Source of the DNA: Haliotis cracherodii
Taxonomy: Eukaryota
Length of the DNA: 64,000 nucleotides
NCBI RefSeq assembly: GCF_022045235.1
Contig: NW_027266267.1
Coordinates: 27,094,001 to 27,158,000, forward strand
Direction: 5' to 3'
The notes beneath the pieces are model-generated. The model was not told the DNA's origin. It was given only the letters and a program-made list of their open reading frames with translations, and ran no database searches. Numbering within the stretch: the first letter of the stretch is position 1; each line of letters starts with the position of its first letter. Positions 9,294 through 20,164 of this stretch are shown piece by piece. Made by a program: the position numbers and the translations under genes.

Positions 9294-12200
9294 ATGGAAG
9301 GCCTAAACATTTTTCAATGGAATGCCAATGGCCTCGCCGGCCATGGTTCTGAACTCAAAGCTAAATTCAAAATAGATAAAGGTCCCCATGTAGCTTGTAT
9401 TCAAGAAACCAAATTCTCACATAAAACTAAATTCAACCTACCAAATTATAACGCAGTGAGAACCGACAGGTCCAAAACCATGCCAGGCAGAACAGGAGGA
9501 GGTCTAATCATCTACGTTAGAGAGGATATTAACTACGAGGAAGTTAAAGTAAACACTCCTAATCTAGAAGCCAATGGAATCCAAGTCACCATCAATAACC
9601 AAAAAATAAAAATTATTAACATCTATCACTCAACACTAAAACCAATTAAAGATACAGACCTAGATGTCCTTTACCAATTAGGAAATAAATCAACCATCTT
9701 CCTAGGAGACTTCAATGCCCATCATCCTACCTGGGGCATTGCGGATAAACTAGACAACCATGGACAACTAATATCAGAGTGGATCGAAAAAAATGACCTA
9801 ATACTATTAAACAATAACCAACCAACTAGATACGACAAAACCCACCACACCATGTCGGCTATCGACTTAACAATATGTACGCCAGACTTAGCACAAAGTC
9901 TGATGTGGGACGTCCACCCAGTACCTCTAGGCAGCGACCACTTTCCCATAAATATAACCCTAGGAAATATAAAAATACCAAATCAAACCCCTAAACAGGA
10001 ACCTAAATTTCAGTACAAAAACGCCAACTGGGACCAATTCCAAGAATTATGCAACGAAGCTAATCTAAACGATTTAGAAACAACAGACCCCGAAACATTC
10101 TGTCAAAACCTAACTAACTTCATAATCAACGCAACCAAATCCGCAATCCCCTTCAAATCATCCAACCCAGGAAAACCCACTGTCCCTTGGTGGAATAAGG
10201 AAATAGAGCTAACTAGACTAAAACGCAAATCAGCTTTCAACAGAGCTAAACGAGACCCCTCTCATCTCAAAACAGCTCATGAACTTAACCACCAAGTGCA
10301 ATACCTAGTTAAAACTGCTAAAACCAAAAACTGGAAAAAATTCTGTGAGGAGCTAAACCACCACACCGACGCTAGGAAGGTGTGGCGCAAAATTCACGCC
10401 ATCCGAGGCATCAAACGGCACAAAAAAAGCCCCAATATAAACAACTCAACTAACCCCACCCAAAAGGCCAACAACCTAGCCAAACACTTCTCTAAAGTTA
10501 GCAGCAACAGTAACTTCAGTAAGAAATTCCAAGATAAACTAAATAAAGAAACCAAATTCCCCAAAGAAAACAGACAAGACAACCTAGAAATAAATCAACC
10601 TTACACCATAGAAGAACTAAATCACGTACTAAACAACAGAAAAAAAGGAACAGCCCCTGGCCTAGACCTCACCTCTTACCAAATAATCAAACACTTACCT
10701 ACCAAACTACTCCAAACTTTACTTAAACTATACAACCTAGTCTACCTAAACGGACAGGTCCCTTCCTCATGGAAGGAAGCTCTAGTAATCCCAATACCTA
10801 AACCAAATAAACCAGCAGATCAGGCAAACTCCTATAGGCCCATCTCCCTAACCTCAAATCTCTGCAAAATAATGGAACTTATGACTAAAAATAGGCTACA
10901 GCACTACCTAGACCAAAACAACATCATAAATCCTGACCAGAGCGGCTTCACTCCTGGCCGATCAACTCTCGATAACCTTGCCCGACTAGAACAGGATATA
11001 AAAACAGGACAGCTAAACAAGCAATACACCATAGGCATATTCCTCGACTTCTCTAAAGCTTTCGATATGGTATGGCACCACGGGCTAATACAAAAACTTA
11101 AAAAAATAGGACTAAAAGGTCAAATAATAAACTTCATCCAAGATTTCCTAAACAATCGCAAAATTACCGTGGGTATAGACCATACACTATCGGACCAGTG
11201 TCCCCTAGAAAATGGCACTCCCCAGGGCAGCATCCTCAGCCCAACCCTCTTCAATATAATGATAAATGATCTATTCGAGGGCTTATCCCCTAAACTAAAC
11301 ACTTCAAAATTCGCGGATGACGGAGCCCTATGGATCCGCACTAAAAGCATTAAAATGGCAGAAAACTTAATCCAAAAATCTCTAAATAAAATACAACAAT
11401 GGGCAGACAAATGGGGCTTCTCCCTTAACTCAGATAAAACAACAGGAGTAGTATTCAAACATAAAAACACGAAACCTGCCTACCCAATCCTCCAGCTAAA
11501 CAACCAAACAATCAAATTCCAAAAACAAACAAAATTCTTAGGACTTATTTTCGATCAACACCTCACCTGGGAGGCTCACGTCCAAAACCTAAAAACTAGA
11601 TGCAGCAAAGACCTTAACACATTAAGATGTCTCACCGTCTCTAACTGGGGAGCCTCCAAAGATACCCTCCTCTCACTATATACAACACTAATTAGATCAA
11701 AACTAGACTACGGCTGTGCCATATACAATACCCTAAACAACTCTCTTTCTAAAAAACTTGACTCAATACAATATCAGGCTCTCAAACTAATTACACGCAC
11801 CCAACATGGCACCTCCTACACCTCACTTCAGGCCCTTACAGGAGAAATGCCACTAAATCTACGCAGGGAACATCTAAGCCTTAATTTCTGGGCCGCGTCC
11901 CAAACAAACCCTCTCATCCAAAACCTAATTAACCAAAACATTAGCCCAAGAAACCAAGCTCTAGCTCGCAAACACCCCTTACTCACCCCAATATCCCAAA
12001 GAATAACTAACTACCTCAATGAACACCAAACTCAAAATCTTAAACAGAACTGCGAAAAATCAAATATCTTCACCCCTAAACTCAAAATACCCCAAATAGA
12101 CACAACGCTAGCTAACCAAATAAATAAACAAACCGACCCAAACATAGCTAAAACCACCACACTTGCATACATACACGAAAATTGGCCAAATTGGTGTCAC

Positions 12201-13052
12201 ATATACACTGACGGATCTTCAGACCCGATCTCCAACCACACAGGCTTCGGAGTCCATACCACACAACCAGTTATATCCACACAATCTTACCGACTCCCTA
12301 ACAACCAATCTATATTCACGGCCGAACTTATGGGCATAGCCTCAGCCCTGCATAACCAACAATCTAAAAACAAAAAAAAAATCCTAATTCTCACTGACTC
12401 CCTTAGCGGACTACAAGCCCTCCAAAACAAAAATACCAAAAAACGACCTAAACTAATAAACCAAATACTTAAAAGCTCCAACGACCTAACAAAAGCAGGC
12501 AAACAAATAACCTTCTTGTGGATCCCCGCCCACGTAGGAATTTACGGCAACGAAAGCGCCGATAAAGCAGCTAAATTATCTCTCAAAATACCAGAAATAA
12601 GCCTAAACCTACCCATCTCAAAATCAGAAATTAAAAGTGTAAACAAACAAAAAATAACCAAAAAATGGCATAATCAATATCAAAACTCAAATAGCCAAAT
12701 CAAAAAAGTGCTCAGAAAACCACTAGCCAAACCTAAAATCCTACACCCCTCTAAAAAAATTGACAGATTAATTACAAAACTCCAAACAGGACACACTAAC
12801 CTAAATAACCACCTAAAACAACTTAAAAGACACACCACAGGCAACTGCCCCCACTGCAAACAACCCGAAACCACAGAACACGCACTCATTCACTGCACCC
12901 ACTATCAAACACACAGAACCACACTACAAACCACCCTCAATCTAAATAAGGTTCCTACTCTAGATGAAATACTAAACCCTCAAAATAAACTAGAAAACTT
13001 CAAGGCCCTAGGCGTATTCCTAATCAAAACAGACCTAATTAAGCGCATCTAA
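9294..13052 (+). CDS. LINE ORF2: APE-RT-RNase H-CCHC (1252 aa)
   Basis: Same catalytic motifs as 5006-8767; collinear but clearly diverged. Confidence 0.95.
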   Translation: MEGLNIFQWNANGLAGHGSELKAKFKIDKGPHVACIQETKFSHKTKFNLPNYNAVRTDRSKTMPGRTGGGLIIYVREDINYEEVKVNTPNLEANGIQVTINNQKIKIINIYHSTLKPIKDTDLDVLYQLGNKSTIFLGDFNAHHPTWGIADKLDNHGQLISEWIEKNDLILLNNNQPTRYDKTHHTMSAIDLTICTPDLAQSLMWDVHPVPLGSDHFPINITLGNIKIPNQTPKQEPKFQYKNANWDQFQELCNEANLNDLETTDPETFCQNLTNFIINATKSAIPFKSSNPGKPTVPWWNKEIELTRLKRKSAFNRAKRDPSHLKTAHELNHQVQYLVKTAKTKNWKKFCEELNHHTDARKVWRKIHAIRGIKRHKKSPNINNSTNPTQKANNLAKHFSKVSSNSNFSKKFQDKLNKETKFPKENRQDNLEINQPYTIEELNHVLNNRKKGTAPGLDLTSYQIIKHLPTKLLQTLLKLYNLVYLNGQVPSSWKEALVIPIPKPNKPADQANSYRPISLTSNLCKIMELMTKNRLQHYLDQNNIINPDQSGFTPGRSTLDNLARLEQDIKTGQLNKQYTIGIFLDFSKAFDMVWHHGLIQKLKKIGLKGQIINFIQDFLNNRKITVGIDHTLSDQCPLENGTPQGSILSPTLFNIMINDLFEGLSPKLNTSKFADDGALWIRTKSIKMAENLIQKSLNKIQQWADKWGFSLNSDKTTGVVFKHKNTKPAYPILQLNNQTIKFQKQTKFLGLIFDQHLTWEAHVQNLKTRCSKDLNTLRCLTVSNWGASKDTLLSLYTTLIRSKLDYGCAIYNTLNNSLSKKLDSIQYQALKLITRTQHGTSYTSLQALTGEMPLNLRREHLSLNFWAASQTNPLIQNLINQNISPRNQALARKHPLLTPISQRITNYLNEHQTQNLKQNCEKSNIFTPKLKIPQIDTTLANQINKQTDPNIAKTTTLAYIHENWPNWCHIYTDGSSDPISNHTGFGVHTTQPVISTQSYRLPNNQSIFTAELMGIASALHNQQSKNKKKILILTDSLSGLQALQNKNTKKRPKLINQILKSSNDLTKAGKQITFLWIPAHVGIYGNESADKAAKLSLKIPEISLNLPISKSEIKSVNKQKITKKWHNQYQNSNSQIKKVLRKPLAKPKILHPSKKIDRLITKLQTGHTNLNNHLKQLKRHTTGNCPHCKQPETTEHALIHCTHYQTHRTTLQTTLNLNKVPTLDEILNPQNKLENFKALGVFLIKTDLIKRI

Positions 13053-13106
13053 AAATTAATTAATCTACCAATCCAAAATCCAATAAACATACAAACACAC
13101 ACCTCA

Positions 13107-13590
13107 TAGTAGAGTCATATCCCTGGAATCCGTGACCACTTTATTCCTACCTTTTTTTTATGATGGATTCGTTTAACTGACATGTCTAACTAAAAAAATA
13201 GCCCCCATGACCCTCTGGAAAATGACGGCTAACTCTGCCAGAACGCAAAATTCAAAATGGCCGTCGACGCCATTTTGAATAGCATGAAATAGTATATCTA
13301 TGGAAGAATATCAGCCACAGACACATATAAGGTGTCTAATTCCACTAATTTGAACGTGATAAATCCATTGGAATTGTTATTTTTTACATTAGAAGCAATT
13401 ATGACCTTGAATTCCAAGATGGCTGCCGGCTGCCATCTTGAAAAACAGAAAATATCATATCTCGAATACTAGATGGGCTACAAGAACAAATGAGGTGTCT
13501 TATCTAACTAATTTTAACATGATAAAACTATTGGAATGGTTAATTATATCCTTGGGATCATATTTATCTCAATATTCAAAATGGACACCA
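13107..13590 (+). repeat. Left terminal inverted repeat of the Academ element
   Basis: Reverse complement of 18863-19346, about 3 mismatches by eye. Confidence 0.95.
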
Positions 13591-13699
13591 TATATGAAAT
13601 TATTTGGGTGTTTGAAATTCTTATAATTATATGAGGAGGTAATACTGTACTAAGAACTACAGAACGCAACTAAAAAGATGCTTTGGAAACTCTTTACAA

Positions 13700-15556
13700 T
13701 TATTCACTGCATGAGTCATTGCATGAGCTCTCATCACTGCCGTCATCAGAATCACTAGAAAGATCACTGTCATTATCGTCTGCTGGTGAGATTGCAGGTA
13801 AGGTAATTGTTGAAGGTAAAGCAGGCTGTGTGTAACGATCAGGCAGGTAAAGGCCGGCATCACAATGCCAACCATGACCTATTGGAGAGGGGTGACTCTG
13901 GAGATCAAAATGCTTTTGCAAATATGCCAAGTAGTTTGCCCGTTCCAAGTGATGACGGAGACTGTCCGAATCAGGTGCAAGTCTGATGGTGCTTTTTTTC
14001 TTTTGTGCTCTCCACTTGGATGCCCTGACTTCTCCCAAACTTGAACTTTTGGAATCACAATAGACATAACGAATTACAAATCGTTCCAAGTCCTCTATGA
14101 CTTCTTGTGTGACTGGAAGTTCTCTACCACAACTTGTTAACAGGTTCTGTGCTTCTTCAGAATGCTGGGTGCGATGTACAATACTCTTCTTGCCAATCCC
14201 ATAGAAACCAGAGTTATGGTCACATCCAGTAAGCACATGAATTGGTATAATGCATTCTGCCATTTCCTCGTCACACAAGCATCTAGCAGAGATCAGTTGG
14301 TGTTTCTTTTTGATACACATCAGGCCTGGTGTTTTTTTAGCAACATATGCAGCCTGTACATAGTTGTCAGTATCTTCAGTGTCAACGACAACAGCCTCTG
14401 TGTAGCCCTCAGACCGAAGCATACTATATGTGGTAAATATGGCTGTGTCTGCCTCTGCTTGGAAACATGTTAACTCTGGCATAAGCTTACCTGTGGTTAG
14501 ATTCTTTGGACTGCCACCTACTACACAGTAAATGATTTCCACATGAGTTGAAGCAGCAGCTTTCTGGAATGCAGTTTGCAAAAATACCTGCAAGCGAATC
14601 TTGTTGCTAGGATTATACAAGATAGAGTGGAAATGTTTCTTTGAAGGAAATTTTTCCTCAGACTTCATGAACACATTGCTGACTGGTTTGGCATTTTGGC
14701 GCAGGATACGCTCACTGTCTTTGATTGAATTCTGATCATATTTGTCATTGATGCAAATGATCCGCTCAGCATGCTTGTGCCTTGTAAAAACAGTGTGCAC
14801 AACCTTATCCGCATAGTCTCCCCATCTGTACTTTGTGCCATCACCCTTTTCTCTGTCTTCAGTGGTTGGAGTAGCCAGGTGCCAGATGAGACCCATATCA
14901 ACAATAGAGGTATACACATCAGGTTCGGGAACAGGGGTCATAGTAAGTTTCTCCTGGAGTTTACTTTTCTGGACCTTTCGCATGGTTCCATTAACATTGA
15001 AGATTGGAAGGCACTCAGATGTAACACGATGCTGCAACACATCTTCAAGTTTGAGGGCACCACTGTTTTCAACAAGCCCAAGGACAGAGGCCAATGCTTT
15101 AGATTCCATTTCTCCAGTTTTCTCTTTGAAGTTATCTCCATTTACTGTCTTCAGTTCTTGATTTGCAAAGTTTTGGTGCTTGTTGAGGGGGATACGGTCA
15201 TTCAGAGATTTCTTTTTAGAATACACTCTCTCTTTCATGAAGTCTTTCACCTTATGTTCACCATCTTCCTTTGCTGATTTCAAATCATCAGCCAACTTTT
15301 CTGAAGCCTGCATTCCTGACTGCAGAGAACGAAGGGTTTGGTTTGTGTGATCAAAGGGATCACAGTCAAACTCTGTGAAACATGCACTGATGTCCTGGAC
15401 GGCTTTTTCATCCTTCTTCATTCGACTTGATGAAGCATCTGCATGCTTCGGTCTCTGCTGTCTCTTCATATCAGCATGGCGATGGACACTTGCCCTGACT
15501 CGATTGATGTTATTCACATTCCGTGTATTTGACAGGAGCTGCTTTTCATTGTTCAT
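13700..15556 (-). CDS. Academ protein C-terminal part: XPG/FEN1-like (PIN + H3TH) nuclease
   Basis: IVDMG, D-x-Y...SIKDSER, EADT, DTD and the GCDHNSGFYGIGKK helix-hairpin motif; acidic tail. Out of frame with the upstream ORF. Confidence 0.75.
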   Translation of the reverse strand: MNNEKQLLSNTRNVNNINRVRASVHRHADMKRQQRPKHADASSSRMKKDEKAVQDISACFTEFDCDPFDHTNQTLRSLQSGMQASEKLADDLKSAKEDGEHKVKDFMKERVYSKKKSLNDRIPLNKHQNFANQELKTVNGDNFKEKTGEMESKALASVLGLVENSGALKLEDVLQHRVTSECLPIFNVNGTMRKVQKSKLQEKLTMTPVPEPDVYTSIVDMGLIWHLATPTTEDREKGDGTKYRWGDYADKVVHTVFTRHKHAERIICINDKYDQNSIKDSERILRQNAKPVSNVFMKSEEKFPSKKHFHSILYNPSNKIRLQVFLQTAFQKAAASTHVEIIYCVVGGSPKNLTTGKLMPELTCFQAEADTAIFTTYSMLRSEGYTEAVVVDTEDTDNYVQAAYVAKKTPGLMCIKKKHQLISARCLCDEEMAECIIPIHVLTGCDHNSGFYGIGKKSIVHRTQHSEEAQNLLTSCGRELPVTQEVIEDLERFVIRYVYCDSKSSSLGEVRASKWRAQKKKSTIRLAPDSDSLRHHLERANYLAYLQKHFDLQSHPSPIGHGWHCDAGLYLPDRYTQPALPSTITLPAISPADDNDSDLSSDSDDGSDESSCNDSCSE

Positions 15557-18207
15557 GGCTTGCCTGTCATTGACTGAGCGAAAAACCCAGTCTCCATGAA
15601 AGAAGCCTGTTCGTCAGGAAGGTTGTCAAGTACTGCACTAAAATCAGGGAGATGTCGACCATACTTGGTGTTGTCATAAGCCACCATCCATGGCAGCATG
15701 AGCTTCAGTGAAGATTTGAACTCAGTCCAGTTCCTTGTTCGTAGAGCATGGATGTTTTGGGTGAGAACTTCCACTATTTCCATAAAAGATATCCAGTACT
15801 GTGCTTGTGGTGCATCATGATATTCTTCGAAGAGAGTATCAACAAGGTGTTTCAGCTCTGCATTGCTTTCCAGTTTGCTATACGCTTCCGCAAGTTCCTC
15901 ATCTTTTGCATCAGTCTGCTGTCTAAGCTGGGAAATAGAAGCCTTGACTTCATCAGATAGAGCTGTACCTTCCAAACGCCTGTTTAGTGCATGATGGACC
16001 ATTGTTTCATAGAAGAGGTACAGACATCGTACACCACGCTTGAAATGTTTTCCTCGGAGTGCTTGATCTACCGACCCTTCTGCAATTACACCTGCTGCCA
16101 CTAACACATCAGAAATACCTGAACCCTTAAACCTCTTGTAAATGGCATAGATGAATGACATTTGGATGTGGAAGGGTCCCATGAACGGCAAAATTTTGCT
16201 GAACTGAACCGCCTTCTCGTTTTTTAACTTCAGCAAGAGCAAGTAGACCGGATAATCACCTACAATGATTGCGAAAGGCATCTTTTTTTCATTAATTGAC
16301 TTAGCAAGTTTGCACATTACATCATAGAGGATGGTCTTACTAGGCGGGTCAGAATATGTCATGTAGTATATTGCACGGCTCTTCTCTTGTGGTTGTGACA
16401 TGTTAGCATGAAACCCTTTATAACCAGGCACTTGCTGTTCTTCTGGCTTTGGTCTTGAGAGGTCATCTTGGGCCCTGGACAGTGCATGAATAACACCACG
16501 TGTCCTCTGAGTAGATGTGTCCAAAAGAATACTGTTGTTTTCTGTCTCTGTCCTGATGGGTGGCTCCCCACGCTTAACTGTCTTGTATGGATCAATCTTC
16601 TGCATTTCACTTCCAAGTTCCTTGAGAGAGGCAGAGAGAGATGAGGCAAGTTTTGCACTGGGAACTGGACGAGTTTCATGACTCTCCAACGGTTCCGAAT
16701 CAAAAGATTCTGGTTGAACAAACATCACGTTAGTGCGGTGTGGTTGATCAGCACCAGTGAGTGTGTCACTCTTGAAGTCATCATTGTCTACTATAGCCAC
16801 AGCAGGTTTGCCTTCAGCAAGCTCGAACGGACAATTCAATGAATGTTTTAGGTCAGTCGATACCCAGAAATCCCGCAGCATAAGAACATCATTGTAGCTG
16901 ATGCCCAAACCATCTTTGTGCATTACATCAATGATCTCCCTACTTTTTGTCAGTCCATATAGCATGACTGACATATTCGTCTCAAATGCAGTGTGTTTTC
17001 CGGTGATGTAATTTGTGATGACAGAAGCAATTGAACGGACAGTTGGACAATCATCAATGACAGCCATCGTTGGATGCTTCATCCAGGTGATCAGCTTCAA
17101 TAGAAGTTCACTCAGTTCTTCTTCTCTCTCCAATTCATGGATGTATGGAGGCCAGGGGACAGTGTTAATGCTCATGACTTGCTCCTTGAGTCGTGCTGCA
17201 ACATTCATAGCTAGCTGATCATTGCTGACACCAAGTGAATATATTGCAGCCTCAACATATGTTCCTCCTGCTGTGGTATCATAGACCAGTTCACTCTGAT
17301 TCTTCTTATTGCGTTCATGAAATCCGATGCTTTCACTAAATTCTTTGATCAGAAGTTCTTTTAAGTAGCTAGATTTAACTATTGAATTATGCCCAAAATT
17401 TGAGATGATGCGCTTGTAATCATTCAGGAGACTTTGTACGGTACGGAATTCATGATCTTTGAAAATTACTTGATGAACATGATTGACGAAAATACTCTGT
17501 GCTTCTCGGAGGTTCACCCGCTGAAGATGCTGAGCGCTTTCATCAGTGATACCCTTATGGTCACTGAGATACTTTCGCCAGCATCCACGATGATACCGTA
17601 TTTCAATTCCAAATGCTGTTTCAGCATCAAGGATAGAATCAATTAAAGTGTTGAGTCTCTCTCTCATGGTAACATCATCCAGATGGATGGTGTGAAGCTT
17701 AAACCTTCTCCAGGCATCTTTTGTTGAGAGCAGAATTAGCTGCTTGTCACGATCCTTCTGTTTTGGGTTGGCTTCTTTCATGCACCAAATGCAGCGTTCC
17801 TTGTTATGAAGGCAACTAATACTGGAACGTAGTTTTTTTGGTGCCTGTGGGACTAGATCATCTGAGTCTTCCACTCTGCACATGCTTTGCTTAGATTTTG
17901 ACAAGCGGTTCTGAGATTGCAAGAGCTTGCTGCCACTGGATAATGTCACATAACAAGAATTATGCATGTTGTGCCCTGTCGGCCCTTTCGCCCAGTCTAC
18001 TGTGCCACAAACATTTCCAAATTTGTCAAGTCCTTCACATTTTGTGGCCTTTTCTTTCATGGTATTCCATTTAGCAGGAGTCATATTGTCAATGTTGTCA
18101 CCTTCTGGACAGGCATTCTCACATAGCATACAGAAGAATGATTTTTGTTTCCGCTTTAATGGAGCACCATCATAACGTCTGCTAGGTCCATCCTCTGCCT
18201 CCGCCAT
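15553..18207 (-). CDS. Academ protein N-terminal part: Cys/His motifs and DDE-type transposase core
   Basis: CxxC...YHxxC motifs, IVDNDDF, IVGDYPVY, GPFHIQMSF. Ends abruptly at GKP*, overlapping the next ORF. Confidence 0.75.
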   Translation of the reverse strand: MAEAEDGPSRRYDGAPLKRKQKSFFCMLCENACPEGDNIDNMTPAKWNTMKEKATKCEGLDKFGNVCGTVDWAKGPTGHNMHNSCYVTLSSGSKLLQSQNRLSKSKQSMCRVEDSDDLVPQAPKKLRSSISCLHNKERCIWCMKEANPKQKDRDKQLILLSTKDAWRRFKLHTIHLDDVTMRERLNTLIDSILDAETAFGIEIRYHRGCWRKYLSDHKGITDESAQHLQRVNLREAQSIFVNHVHQVIFKDHEFRTVQSLLNDYKRIISNFGHNSIVKSSYLKELLIKEFSESIGFHERNKKNQSELVYDTTAGGTYVEAAIYSLGVSNDQLAMNVAARLKEQVMSINTVPWPPYIHELEREEELSELLLKLITWMKHPTMAVIDDCPTVRSIASVITNYITGKHTAFETNMSVMLYGLTKSREIIDVMHKDGLGISYNDVLMLRDFWVSTDLKHSLNCPFELAEGKPAVAIVDNDDFKSDTLTGADQPHRTNVMFVQPESFDSEPLESHETRPVPSAKLASSLSASLKELGSEMQKIDPYKTVKRGEPPIRTETENNSILLDTSTQRTRGVIHALSRAQDDLSRPKPEEQQVPGYKGFHANMSQPQEKSRAIYYMTYSDPPSKTILYDVMCKLAKSINEKKMPFAIIVGDYPVYLLLLKLKNEKAVQFSKILPFMGPFHIQMSFIYAIYKRFKGSGISDVLVAAGVIAEGSVDQALRGKHFKRGVRCLYLFYETMVHHALNRRLEGTALSDEVKASISQLRQQTDAKDEELAEAYSKLESNAELKHLVDTLFEEYHDAPQAQYWISFMEIVEVLTQNIHALRTRNWTEFKSSLKLMLPWMVAYDNTKYGRHLPDFSAVLDNLPDEQASFMETGFFAQSMTGKP

Positions 18208-18862
18208 TTTAAAGAATATGGAAGAGGAAGATCTTCGTGATCACTGTTACCACTACAGAAGCTTTATTTAGATCTATTACTACAATGCAGTGACTAATAG
18301 GCACCTGATACCGAATTAAATATAGCAAAATGATTTCCTTGGCATCTGAAAATAATATATCCTTTGCAGAATTTATAATAACTACCTTAGCATTAAGTTA
18401 TTTGCTTTAACATTCAAAATCAGTTTTAGGTTGTTGATGTTGTGCTTCAAACAAATTGTTGAGGTCAAACAGACAATTTCCCCCTCAATCCTTAGATATT
18501 GACCAATATCACATTACACTGGCATTGGATGAAGATGACAGTTAGATAGGGCACATACAACTATTTACATTAAAATTCATACCAAGATCATTACAATCGG
18601 TTTATCATTTCTTAATGTATGACAATACTACACCCAACTGGTAAAGAAACGCATAACTCAAAAACACGCAAATTTAATGTTAAATACTTTAGCATGATCA
18701 ATTTTGGTCGTTACTAATAGATTTGTTAAATTCAACATTTTAGCTGTAATCACCTACAAAAAATATCTTTCTAGCTCATATAGTTTCCAAGGTATAACCC
18801 TTCAAAATTATCCGGCATGTGCGTTTCTTTTGTAGATGAGTATACCTTATATGCTACATTGT

Positions 18863-19346
18863 TGGTGACCATTTTGAATATTGAGATAAATATGATCCCA
18901 AGGATATAATTAACCATTCCAATAGTTTTATCATGTTAAAATTAGTTAGATAAGACACCTCATTTGTTCTTGTAGCCCATCTAGTATTCGAGATATGATA
19001 TTTTCTGTTTTTCAAGATGGCAGCCGGCAGCCATCTTGGAATTCAAGGTCATAATTGCTTCTAATGTAAAAAATAACAATTCCAATGGATTTATCACGTT
19101 CAAATTAGTGGAATTAGACACCTTATATGTGTCTGTGGCTGATATTCTTCCATAGATATACTATTTCATGCTATTCAAAATGGCGTCGACGGCCATTTTG
19201 AATTTTACGTTCTGGCAGAGTTAGCCGTCATTTTCCAGAGGGTCATGGGGGCTATTTTTTTAGTTAAACATGTCAGTTAAACGAATCCATCATAAAAAAA
19301 AGGTAGGAATAAAGTGGTCACGGATTCCAGGGATATGACTCTACTA
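18863..19346 (-). repeat. Right terminal inverted repeat of the Academ element
   Basis: See left TIR. Confidence 0.95.
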
Positions 19347-20164
19347 TCACCCGGCTCCCTTAGTTCCCTCCTCCACCCACCTCGGCATTTATTCCAAATT
19401 TAAAAATTTCAAAAAATCGATATAAGCAACCCCTAAAAGCCCCCTCTTGGGTTGCACACACCACTTTCACCCTTCTCGGAATACACTAAATGGCCCGGCC
19501 AGGCCCGTGTGCGAAATACGCTGTAGTCGGAAAGCGCACGTTAAATCTTCTATATCAGTCAGTCAGCCCCTTTGGTATCGCATTGCCTGATAGCCAGCCA
19601 AGGAAACTCCATCATCGGTAATTATCACGTTATCCTTATTCACATACTCTTAAAATCACTCTCACCGAATTAATCATAAAACCCCTAAATCCTTAAAAAA
19701 CAACAACACTAAATAACCAACACCTTATCCTACCCAATCTCCCTAACACAGCTCGCACTCATTTCTACTCACACCAACGCCCACCACTCAAACACACCCT
19801 TTGACCCAACTCCTAAAAACAAAAAACACCTAATCCCCCCTTCTCCTAAACACAACGCTCGCTCTTTCCTACTCACCACCCACGCCCACCACTCACATAC
19901 CTCCACTCCTTCGACTAAATATCTCTTAATCCCCGCTTTCCACTTGTCTCACCTTATCCCAGCCTTCCAGAATCAAACTTAATCTTCAATAAATAATCCA
20001 TTTCCCAAACCCTCCTACTAAAACCAACAACAAATAACCACCGCAACCTCCTCCGCCTCCTAAACACAACTCACCAAGTAAAAACAACAAACCAACTCAC
20101 CTCCCCAAAACACTCCACCACCGCTCACCACAACACACGCTCTCCAACACAACACCCAAACAAT

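Larger units (their letters stand above)
13107..19346 (-). mobile_element. Academ-superfamily DNA transposon (AcademX type), 6240 bp
   Basis: TAG...CTA termini and 484-bp TIRs. 3-bp TSD TCA at 13104-13106 and 19347-19349; removing the element restores a UTR collinear with LINE copy 3. Encodes a transposase-like region plus an XPG/PIN-like nuclease. Confidence 0.85.
9034..19566 (+). mobile_element. Non-LTR retrotransposon copy 2 (I/Nimb-type), 5'-truncated, intact ORF2, 3' UTR interrupted by Academ
   Basis: ORF1 remnant 9034-9246 and ORF2 9294-13052. The 3' UTR resumes at 19350 and ends in (TCAG)n at 19566. Flanked by CCCTTTG on both sides. Confidence 0.9.

Noticed and set aside
5335-12889. 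Antisense ORFs within the LINEs
   Set aside because: Short shadows of ORF2 with no recognisable motifs; their recurrence follows ORF2 conservation.
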